Assembly: GCA_001949185.1 (NCBI GenBank) | Contig: BDGG01000002.1 | Span: 2,973,826-3,037,825 of the forward strand | DNA: 64,000 nucleotides | Direction: 5' to 3' | Source: Ramazzottius varieornatus | Lineage: Eukaryota; Animalia; Tardigrada | Shown: piece by piece, positions 48,263-58,999 of the stretch | Layout of the letters: every line of letters starts with the position of its first letter | Numbering within the stretch: the stretch's first letter is position 1 | The notes under the pieces: generated by a model | Databases searched by the model: none | The model's input: the letters and a program-made list of their open reading frames with translations, nothing else | Told to the model about the DNA's origin: nothing | Program-made: the position numbers and the translations under genes

Positions 48263-49890
48263 ATGAGGCTGTTCGGTGTGCTTTTCGTGGTTTCCGCCTT
48301 GAGCATAGATCGTGTCGCGCCCTCTTTGCTGTCATGGCTGACCGGTGGATCCGCCAGCAACAACGGTCCTTTGGACACTGGACGTCTGGCTATGTACCTC
48401 AATACTCGACGGAATCCTTCGAAAGCTGAAGCCCTGGACGTTGAGAATCCAGCTTCCGTGAGAAGCTCGAAGTTCCTGGCCAGTAAACCGGTTGTAGTGC
48501 TGATCCATGGATATTCGGACCTGTACTCCCGCTCTTGGTGGAGCGTAAGTTGCTTTTCCACTCCTGTTCTCCTTGGGCAGTTGTGTATTTCCCTGCTTTG
48601 CAGGATATAGTCACGGAATTTTTGCAAGCTGAAGATTTAAACGTGTTCCGGCTGGACTGGTGTGAGTGATGGAATGGTTCTCACTACTGCGTGAAACGCA
48701 TGTTTTCTGGTGTGCCCGTTTTCGAAATTTCATTGTATCATAGCTGCTGGAAACCGTCCGCCATACTCGACAGCCACGACCAACGCCGTCGCAGTAGGAG
48801 AGTACCTTTCCGACTTCTTGCTGGCTCTCGTTCAAGCTGGAGTACGGCCAGACCACATCTACCTGGTCGGCCATAGGTAAGCAGCAGAAGTCGCAAGAAA
48901 CTCATTGAATTTTTGTCTTTTGTGTCGGTGACTATAATGTTTGCCCACGCTTTAGCTTAGGGTGCCACCTTGCGGGATATGCCGGTAAAGCATTTAAGAA
49001 GAACAGTGGCTCGCAGATTGGACGTATAACTGGCCTGGACCCAGCTGGTCCTTCTTTCACCAATAGCCCTGTTAGTAAACGCCTGGATTCGAGCGACGCA
49101 ACATACGTAGACACGGTAATGAACGACGAAGCTTATCAGAATGCCATACCCGATTTTTGATAGACTTCACGTTGTTTCACTTCCGCCTCCTTCGCAGATC
49201 GTGACAGACAGTGGTAATTACGGGTCTACAACCAAAATGGGCCACCTGAGTACGTTGCTGTTGTTCTCACATTCGTTCATGCTGAGAGAATGAACTGACG
49301 TTGAATTTTTCCAGACTTTTATCCGAATGGTGGAAGAAAACAGCCAGGATGCCGTCAAGGGTAAATGAAGTCTAAGCGAGCTACACCAAACTTTTTCTGT
49401 GTTTTCATCTGCCGAAGATTCCCTGGATAGGTAATGCCTGGTTTGTTCCAAAACATAGGCTCACTCTGTACAACTGCAACCATGCTCGGGCCTTGGGCTA
49501 TTTCACCGGTGAGAACAGAGAATTCTGTTGGCATACCTCTAGCGTCGAAAGGGGAAACGTACACTTCGACTATGAGGATCTCTTTGCAGAGAGTATCAAC
49601 AATAAAGCGTGCACGATGACGGGTCATATCTGTGATAGCTACGAAAAGGTACGTGGAATAACCATGGATCTGAATGAACTACACAAGGGGACCGGTTTTC
49701 GGGTGACCATATAGCACTGATTGCACGTGCTCTCTTGTTGCAGTTTCTTCAAGGGGGATGCAACCAGTGTAGCGCGGATACCTGTACACCAATGGGATAC
49801 CATGCCAATATCAGGATAGCTGACAGGTCGCGCGGTCCGGTGTCTTTCTACCTCACAACCAGTGGAAGTTCGCCGTACTGCCGCATCTGA
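48263..49890 (+). CDS. secreted pancreatic-lipase/phospholipase A1 family enzyme without a PLAT domain; about 9 exons
   Basis: IHGY oxyanion motif, GHS|LG nucleophile, ITGLDPAGP, RLDSSDA, NFYPNGG..QPGC, CNHARA; Ser-Asp-His triad intact. Confidence 0.92.
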
Positions 49891-51560
49891 ACATAAAATT
49901 ATTCTGCCGATCGGCAGAAGTACAGTAGTATCCGCGCGAAAGATGTACAGTACATGATTTCATAAGCACCATACTGTATTGGTCACCGAGAGAACGTTAT
50001 CGTAAAGAGAAAAGAAAAATAAGGAGCGTGTTTCTGAGTTGCAATAGGGGTACTAAATAAAGCTGCTTGCGAACCGTATCCAGCGGAGAGAGCGAACTTT
50101 CTGGTTGTGTTCACGATTCAACAACATGACCTCAGCTGGTTTCGTTCGCGGCTGTCGGTACCGCACAGTCTGAATATTGCGCCTCATCCTACCCAGACGG
50201 TCGAGTGAATAGCTGAACACCCAAGGTCCAAATGCAAACCTTCCGTGGCGACGATCGCTGCAATCCGGGTCCTTCCACCAGCTAAAGTTGAGACCATCGC
50301 GATGACACGCGTACGTCTTGGGACGAGTAGAATCTGGAATGTGAGAGCATCTCACAAACGGTCCAATCTAGACGGTTCTTATTTACATCGATGTCAAATA
50401 TCGATGTTAGCCTGTGACGCCTATTTCATATAATTTTTGTTGACATGATGTGTGCTTTTTATCGTTATCTCTTGTTGAAACCTTTATAGCTTTTGGTTTT
50501 GTTTTCGGAAACTATGGCTGGAATTATGTTTCGTGTTTGCATTTTCCCTGTATTTATCCAAAGTCATGGTCATGACCGTCCGTGCTCCCGTTGCGGGTCC
50601 GGCCTGACGGACCACAGCTCTCCTGAGTTGTACTGTACTTTGAGGAGTCTGGACGGAATTTTCCAAGCTCTGTCGCCGACACGGAAGAAAACGTCGAAAC
50701 TTTGTTCCGTACGTACGTGAAGGTCGCTGTGGTGTGGCTCGCATGGTGATGGACGATCAACTGGCACAGGCCGCGCAGCAATCAACCAGAACGCGCAAAA
50801 GAAATATCGGATCCTCATAGTGCATTGGGGCCAGTAAGACAGCTAGCTTCAGAATCCGTTGGGGAGGGCCGGTTTGTTTTTGAGGGCACTTGCAATTGGA
50901 GACCAAACGATCGGATCGAGCAGGGTTTCTGCAGACATCGAAGCGATTTGGAGGTGGAAATTCCTTCTTGCCCTCTTTTCGTTGTCCATCCGCTAACCGT
51001 GGAATGGATATTGCTGGCAGGAGCAGGTGTTATGCTTCTTTCTTCTGTATTTCAGTCTCGAGACGAAGAGGCCGGCAATGCACACCACACGGCCGCTGTC
51101 CACCACATAAGCTCAAACGATTAAAACCAGTCGAAACTTAGAGGTTGGAGTCGCAAGTTTGGCCGGACACTGCGGACAGTGCTGATCCAGATGGAGATGC
51201 GTCTGATGGTCGTTGGTCGGCGGTTCGAACACACTGACGAGAACTTTATCCGTCTCACTGGACTGATCGCCAAGAACGCCAAACTGACGGCGACACCATT
51301 CCGTTCCAAGCCTTCCCCGTTCTTCGATATGGCCCGCTTCTGCAGGCCAAGAAAAGTCTGGACAAATTCGAAATGAACATCCGGGCTGTCCTGGGCTTTT
51401 ATCGGAAGCTGGTACAAGAACACGGAACTGGTGCCGAGGTTGAAAGCTCCGGGATGATTGATTATGTACATGCCTTTTATGGCGAACGACGCAAACAAAT
51501 TCGGAACAACCATCCTGACACTTCTTTCAGTGACGGTACTTCAGGCTGAATATTGTATGT

Positions 51561-51680
51561 GAGACCCAGGCAAGCAAAATCGAACAGATCGTTTTTCCAA
51601 GTGGCGCACGCTTCCAGTCGGAAAAACTGAGTACATGAGCCACTTATCATATTGTCGAGTTTGTTCTCCGAGCTCCCGCA
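51561..51680. repeat. palindromic repeat family B (CYP intron)
   Basis: cagatcgtttttccaagtggcgcac...tgagccactta. Confidence 0.7.
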
Positions 51681-52044
51681 TGCGAAATCCATATGACGTA
51701 GTTGCTTCTGAACTCGATCTATTTCTGCCGCAGTCTATCAGGCGGTTTTGTTTTTACAGACGAACAGCAGATGTCGGCATCGAACCTGTTCGCTGCTGGG
51801 ACGGAGACCACCACATCCACATTGTTGTGGGCGCTCGTCTACCTCGTTCGGTATCCCAATGTCCAAGCTAAAATCCTTCGAGAGATTGAAAACAACATTG
51901 GCCTGGAAAAAAATTTTCCTGAAAGACAAAGGTGTGAAAGCCGATATCGGCGTTTCAGAAGATAGATTGAAAAGCCGGCAAACGAAACGGAGAAGATTGC
52001 CGTCGTAAGTGGCACTGCCGCAAGCTTCTAGATAAATTAATATA

Positions 52045-53791
52045 CTGTACTCTCGCGATACACATGGACATACTCAAGGCTGTACTGGTGAAAAGTAACC
52101 GCAAGTAAAAAAGTACCGTTTGAATGACGCACTTGATTGCTTGAAACGGTATCTTGACTTAGGCATGTTCAACCACCTGTTAGGGACTATTTTCGACTTC
52201 GAAAAGCTGGGTTCTTGAGAAGTTTTGCCTCTGTGCTACTGTACGTAATATTACACCATGGGAAGATTTAGGACTCGAGCTGTGTACAGAGTATCGGAGG
52301 CTCAGAGAAATCTGCGAGCTCAGGCGGAAAGTGGAATATCGCTGCGAGCTTATGCAAAAGCGGTGAAGATACCGTGTTCAACGATATCTCTGTGGAGGTA
52401 GGACAAAGCTTGAAGCTGTTTGCGTCTTTAACCGTTCATGTTCTAAATATATATCGTTTCAGAAAAAAGTTACCTGAAGGCACTTTTAAAGGACGACTTA
52501 AGCCGATGTACGAGCCAATAGAGAAAAGGGTCTATAACGAAGTGATCAAAAGTAGAAATATTGGACTTCCAGTGCGCGATAGCGACGTTCGATCTTGGGC
52601 ATTACAGTTCGCCAAGGCATTGAATATCCACGGAATTAAAGCGTCTTGTGGTTGGATATCCAAGCTAAAGAAGAAGTATCATTTGATTTATCGAGCAATA
52701 ACTAAGGTCAGACGAAAAACCACGAAGACTCCCGCAGACGAAGTAAGCCAAACACAAACTCCCTCGCTGGTTTTACCGTTTCCTGTAAATCTGTTGAGGC
52801 TTATTCTGTCTTTTGTTTGCTCGAATAGCTTGCCGAACATGTTTTCATGGAGCGAGTGAAAGAAATCGTCACTCTGGAGAAAACCCATCCAAGCCGTATA
52901 ATCACCTTTGACCAGACTAGTCTCCTCTTGCAAAACACGTACGGAAAGACTTTATCACCTGTTGGAGTCAAACAAGTCCACGTCGTTCAGCCACCCGGTG
53001 AGAAGGAACGATTTACGGTAGGCCTCGCTGTGACGGGAGACGGACAGAAATTTCCAGCTGCGATAGTTTTCAAAGGTGGAGTGAAGACTGGTGAGCTCTC
53101 GCGTAACATTCTAGCGAAGTTAGTGATTCCCGACAACGTCAACGTCTTTTCTACCCGAACTGCTTGGTGAAACTCTAAAATCGACCAAGACTGGATCGAG
53201 CAGTCTTTCGAACAGGACCAACCTGAACCGTTATTTCTACTTCGGGATAATTTCCCGGGTCACTTGAAGTTCGAAAGCGCAGAATTGTTGGACGAGAGAA
53301 ATGTCGATCAGGTTTTCGTACCGAAAGCGATGACGGGTACCTACCAACCGCTCGATGTTGGCATAAACGCACCCTTCAAAGCCAACCTTAAACGAGCGTA
53401 TCATGAGTGGCGGAAAGAGCGTACGGAAGTCACGGCCAAAGGTTACCTGCGGAAGCCGACTCGGCAAGACTTTTTCAACTTTGTTAGCAAAGCTTGGGAA
53501 GCAATCAGACCGGAAAAGATTGAGAATGCGTTCGTAGGAGCTCAAATTCCTCCTGAACCGACGTATATGCTTTCGAACAAGGAAGTTTTGGTTGAAAACG
53601 ACAAACAGCTTCTGCAGTTTAGCTTTAGTTCGGTTGAAGAAGACAGTGATGCTGAAGTAGCGGAAGATTCCTCTTTGAAGTACAGCTTTTCGAATGATTA
53701 TTGATTGAGTAAAACCGAAAAAGTTTGCCCCCGCCAGGTGTAGTTTCCCAGCGTACAAGGGTATATGTCCATATGTATGGCGAGAGTACAG
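52045..53791 (+). mobile_element. full-length pogo-superfamily DNA transposon (DD35D), 28-bp TIRs, TA TSD
   Basis: TA|ctgtactctcgcgatacacatggacata ... tatgtccatatgtatggcgagagtacag|TA (26/28 match); encloses a transposase. Confidence 0.93.
52258..53704 (+). pseudogene. pogo transposase (HTH + CENP-B HTH + DDE_1), two introns, one premature stop
   Basis: KASCGWISKLKKKY; FDQTS; ERFTV; LLRDNFPGH; QPLDVGINAPFK; 35 residues between the second and third Asp; TGA at 53168-53170 in an otherwise open frame. Confidence 0.9.
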
Positions 53792-54898
53792 TAATGTGGC
53801 AATGAAAACGTGCGCCGCTCATGGTTCAGCGACTGAACCTTTCGTTCGCCATTGGCCATCCTCGCGAATGATTATGATGGGTTGTCTTTTCGTTCGGTCT
53901 TGACAATATCTTGACAATATCATTTCTCTTACAGGTAAGCTGAATTACACAGAAGCCGCCTTGTACGACGTACAGCGTCTGGCAACGGTGACACCTCTCG
54001 GTATACCCCACACCAACTTTGCGCCGATGAAGGTCGATGGGCACGACATCCCCGCTCGAACACTGCTACAAGCTAACATACACCCCAACCCGAAAAACTG
54101 GGCTCATCCGGATGAGTGGCATCCCGAGCATTTCCTGAACGACCAGAATGAACTGTTTGTGCCTAAAGCCTTCATGCCATTCAGCGTCGGTAAGCGCGCC
54201 TGTCTCGGAGAATCCTTGGGGAAGATGGAACTTTTCCTTTACTTCACAAACATCATCCAGCAGTTCGAAGTTCAAGCTGATCTCAGAGAACTCAAACGAG
54301 CCGAGAATCAGGCCATCGGGATCTTCAACACTCCGCTGCCTTTCAACATCCGCCTGGTTCCATGACGACCCTGAAGAATTTGTCATTGCATGAATACTGT
54401 ACCATAAATGCATTTTACCGGTATATCCTACCGTTTCTAACTTAGTTATGATTTGTTCTGCTGCACTGAATGGAGTCTTGGTAGCCATTTAGTTTTTGTC
54501 GACGACAGTGGCGCCTCACAAAGTACCCATCACGAGCAGCGAATAGTCCCGTGCGTCTGTTCTTACGTTTCTAATAACCTTATTTTGGAACAGTCGTTCC
54601 TAACTTGAGCCTATAATTGCTTTTTCTTTTGATGAAGTTCGCCATTTGCTGGAAGACGTACAAGGACGAGAATCGTTCTGTAAAGCGAAACACCGTTACT
54701 CGAAAGAAGAAAATTACAACATATTATCATACACAGAGATTTGTTTGATCGCAATTACAGATTATCATGTTCAGCTTGGGATACTAAAACTTCTCAATCA
54801 CAACGCGAAACAAAGACGTTACTCAACTGCGAAAGATCCATTGAAAGCAGCCAGAAATATGGCCCATATGCACTTCTGAACTAAAGCGATCGCACTCT

Positions 54899-57854
54899 CT
54901 ACTGAAAGTTGAATAATGGCCCAGCGCCAACTTGCACCGGGCTCTCCGCTGAGGAGATAGACATTATCGGTCCGTACTGCGCAGCACCGTAAGGACCACC
55001 GTTGTTTTGCACTTGAAAGAACGTTTGAATGTTTCCTGCGAACGTAGGGGACGTCGGATAGGAGAGCGTGGCTGGTGCAGGTGAGAAAACTCGCTTCGAA
55101 CAAAGAACGTCTTTCAGCATCTCGTGGGCTGGCTGCTCTCCACTTTGGATCTTTTCTTTACCTGGAAGATAAGTAAGATGCTGTATCCGAACAGTAAAAC
55201 TGGGAAGATAATGTTGCGATCGGCTCGGGTGTGAAGAAAGCCGCAAGAAAATTTCGTCCTTTTGCTACCACTAGTCTCGTCAAGTTATTACGGTAACGAA
55301 CGGTATGGCAATGGCGATTGTGCTACAACAATGAGTACGCGTACGATGGGAAATTATGGAACAGGCGGAAAAGACGGCAACACAGAAATTCGACCGTAGA
55401 AAAGTATAGAAAAGTGTATTACTGTGAATCGGTCGCGTACGTACGTTCTTCCGTACCCCGTAGCGAAAAGGCCTGGTCCCATAATTTCCAGTCGTGCGTA
55501 AACTCGTACAAATGACTGAAAAAATACATACAGCGAGTGGCAACCATTCTGAGGTCGATGAGGTTCAACAGCAGGTCGGAGAAGTTCGCCGTCTGGGTGG
55601 GCTGCAGTCGCGCCACCAGTAGCTTGAGAGCATCCAGCAGAGGCTCCTGAATCATCTCGATCGTATTCTCGTCCTCAATTTCCGGACAGTCTACAGATCA
55701 AAACCCAAGAATTAGTGGATCGGAATTAGGGATGGGCGCAGTATGATTTCGAAGGCAAACATACCTGCTCGAAAGAAGCACAAGGCACTCAGAACGGCTT
55801 GGCACGCCGCGTCCAGGCGCATTTGCGCGAGAATCTTGGCGAAGCGGAAGATGTCCTCTTGGATATCTTCCAGACCGAGCTCGATGCAGCGCAGTCTTGT
55901 CAGGTACACCCCACCAGAAAGGACGAATCGATCCGAGTGAGAGTCGTACAGGTTGCAGATTCGAAGAAGCTGAAACATCAAACAGTTGCTCGCAACACTC
56001 CCCCTTACTCCACCGCGGGGGAAATCGATATAAAAATCTTAGACAGTTAGACTCACCATTATCTCAAGGCAGCTGTTCTTCAAGAGAACTTGCTGGTCCG
56101 AAGTCGTCAAAGAAGAATAGCCGGGTAGTTTCCTGACATACTCTACGGCTTGCGTCAAAGCCGGATGTGAAAGCTCGTTAAGATCCATGAACGGAGCCGC
56201 CTTCTTCATATTCTCCTCCTCGTCCAGACGAACATTCGGTGAAATCTACCAAAAACAACCGCAACTACAGTACTATTTTCCTCTTACAAACTTAATACTG
56301 GCGCTCAGTCTGGGGTGATAGTATTTGCATTTTACCGTGGCGGTGCAGTTGTGGGCAGAGGCAATCCGATCCACAAGGTGCGAAAGACTCTGGGGAAGGC
56401 CGGTGAGAATGCTGGAGATGGGATAATCGTTCTTGCCTTTGTTCTTCCTCTCTCTCGTTTTACGAACCGCTGAAAATATTTGCAGTAAGTATTAGCACTT
56501 TTTGCAGTTACCATTTCGCTTACGATTTCCGATTATTTGGGACGACGGCAATTCGAAGTCACCCAGAACGTCGTCTAAAGCGACGCGCGTTTTCACGGTT
56601 ATTGACCGAATGCGTGCGCGACTTGGGAAAATGATCTGTGGAATTCATTGTCGACGTCCCCTTTTTCTGAGTTTCGTTTCTTACCTTCTCGGGACATGCC
56701 GGCTGCCAAACACCGTTGGAATCGGCAGTACTGACAACGGGTTCTCTTCTGCATGGTGATGTCGCAGTTACCATTCTTGTGGCACTTGTATGTCGGGTTC
56801 TTTTGGATGGTTCGGCGAAAGAAACCCTGCATTAATGAATCAACAAAGACGAGATTATTGTCACTTGCTTGCTTTGATGAGAGACAAACAAGGTGATTTC
56901 CAGGTAGAGATCTCATCGAAGAAAGCTCTCTTCCTTGTTCTGGCAAGGAACAAGCGGCTTCTTGGAAGCCAACTTCACAAAAATCAAAGATGGGAATCAA
57001 TCAACTCAGCAATCTAGTAACTGTGAGTCTGTGACGGCACAGCCCTGTGAGGCAACAGTGCTATGCGGACACGGCCTTGAGTAATAAGTCAAGGCTATGC
57101 CAATGACGTCAACAAGGGATCAGTCATACAAATGGCCAGTTTGAACTGTTGATTGATCACATTCGAAGCATTTCTGTTGAGCCTCTAGGTCTGTTTTGGT
57201 TCTGATTTCTAACCTTGCATCCCTCGCAGCTGATTGTCTTGTAGTGAAGTCCTGAAGACTTGTCGTTGCAGATGACACATCTTCCTTCAGGATAGGTCCG
57301 TTTCCGCTTCGCAGAGGTGGTCGGACTGCTGAGCGTGGAATCTCCCGACTGGGTGGTACTGCTGGGGAGGCTTTCCAGCGTCGACGGCGATCGGGATGAG
57401 GATTCTCGCGACGACGTGTGGTAGCCTATGGATCCGGAAAGTGTTGGTTCTGAGCCGAAAGAGTCCTGGTCAGGACTGGATGGCATACGCGAGAAATTCG
57501 GCGAGAAGGTAGACGTACAGTTGACAGCTGATTGCGACGGAAATGAATCTGTACACGTACTCGTGATGAAAACAGATATATTTCAATGAGACCATAGTAG
57601 GCTCACAGCCTACGCCATTATTCTCCGTCGACAGGTTCTACTCCTACCGTGAGAAAATATGGTTCGTCTGGTGGGAACTTACAGTTGCTCGTGGCGCCCA
57701 AGGGTTTCTGAACCGGAAACGCCTGATGGTAATATTTTAGGGTGGATTGGTGAGCAGTGGAAAAGGCGGCCATGTTCCCGTTTTGAATTCCGGAATAAGT
57801 AGAGAGATATTGTACAGTTTGTAGAGGATAGAAGGAGCCTAATGAGCTGTCCAT
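54899..57854 (-). CDS. nuclear receptor of subfamily 1, most similar by eye to retinoic acid receptor (NR1B); 8 exons
   Basis: DBD CVICNDKSSGLHYKTISCEGCK|GFFRRTIQKNPTYKCHKNGNCDITMQKRTRCQYCRFQRCLAAGMSRE|AVR; LBD YVRKLPGYSSLTTSDQQVLLKNSCLEIM|LLRICNLY...IQEPLLDALK...IDLRMV; all exons join in frame. Confidence 0.9.
55333..55505 (+). mobile_element. MITE family C copy (GAG...CTC termini) in the last nuclear-receptor intron
   Basis: gagtacgcgtacgatgggaaattatgg ... ccataatttccagtcgtgcgtaaactc. Confidence 0.78.
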
Positions 57855-58999
57855 TTTTCAACAAATATAAATCTAACCTCATACGCACGAAAAACTGTCT
57901 CGAATTCAACTTTCACTCACAGTTCAAAATCTGGAACCTCGGCTATCACCCCGCAAAATCAAAGACCTGAGAATGATAGTTCACCTTAGTTAAAACTGGA
58001 GTTCTTGGAGGAGATCCAAGTTGCATTGTGTGTGTATAACTTTAAACTCCACCCCTCTGCTTCTGTTTCCAGCCAAAGAGCTCCGCCCCGGTCTTTTTGG
58101 CGATGGTGATGACTGGAGAAACGACACGTCCTTGTGAAATCAAGAGTGAACCCAATCAACCGCTGCAGCCTCGTGATACATCTGAGGGTGAGAGGGTGAG
58201 GTCCCGACTCCTCGGACCTTCAGCCGGGGCACAGGCTGGCTTCTTCGCCTGTGGTGGTCTGGCATGTCGGATGAGACAGGTTGTTGTTCAGCGAACATTC
58301 TGGGTATGGGTGGACATTGTCTGCCCAGCGTCCTTCTGGCCAGCTGACCTTAATTAGCGGCTTATCTGCTCATGACAAGTCAGGCTGTATTGTTCTCAAG
58401 CTGGAAATTCAGGTGTTCCTCTCCCTGGCTGAGCCTTTTCCTTGGGAGACAGCCTTGAAAAGGTGTTTGTGTGTCCTACTTTGCCCTTTGGCTTGGCAAG
58501 CCAGCTACAATGCCTTTTCAAATTTCACCAGCTCCATCGGCCATCGAGCATCTTTTCTAACTTTGACCAAAGGCTTTGCTTTAACACGTGCAACACCTTC
58601 GGGTCGTGTGGCACAAATTTCTGAAATATCCATACTTGAATCCAAAGTATCGAAAAATCCCATACAGGAAGGAGTCATGCATGAAACGCGGCGATGTCGA
58701 CAATAAGACTTGATTTCCACACAGTGGTCTCCAGCAGAAATGTTTTTCGACACACGCTCTTTTACTGTAATCGTAAAGATATGCAGCAAGTTTAGCGCAT
58801 AATACTAAACCATTAGGTCTGATAACAACCAGATACTACATTTTATTGTTCCCGTGGTTTGACTGATAACCGCGTAAAGGGAGTAGGATAGGGCGTTGAT
58901 AACCAAGTTCCTTCAAGCGTCGTGCTTCCGGTTGAGGACACTTCCGTATGCAGGTAGGTTTATGATTCAAATGTCGTAGTTTATCGCATTTCTGCCAAC

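Larger units (their letters stand above)
51201..54365 (+). pseudogene. CYP2-clan cytochrome P450, 5'-truncated and frameshifted, with a pogo element in its last intron
   Basis: GRRFEHTD, I-helix NLFAAGTETTTSTL, K-helix DVQR, HPEHFL, heme loop FSVGKRACLG. Frameshifts near 51300 and in the A7 run near 51910; no N-terminal exons found. Confidence 0.8.

Noticed and set aside
53168-53170. In-frame TGA as selenocysteine or programmed readthrough
   Set aside because: A simple TGG-to-TGA nonsense change in a transposase is sufficient; no SECIS evident.
58472-58487. DR4-like AGGGCA-aagt-AGGACA (minus strand) upstream of the nuclear receptor
   Set aside because: Both half-sites are imperfect; expected by chance without conservation data.
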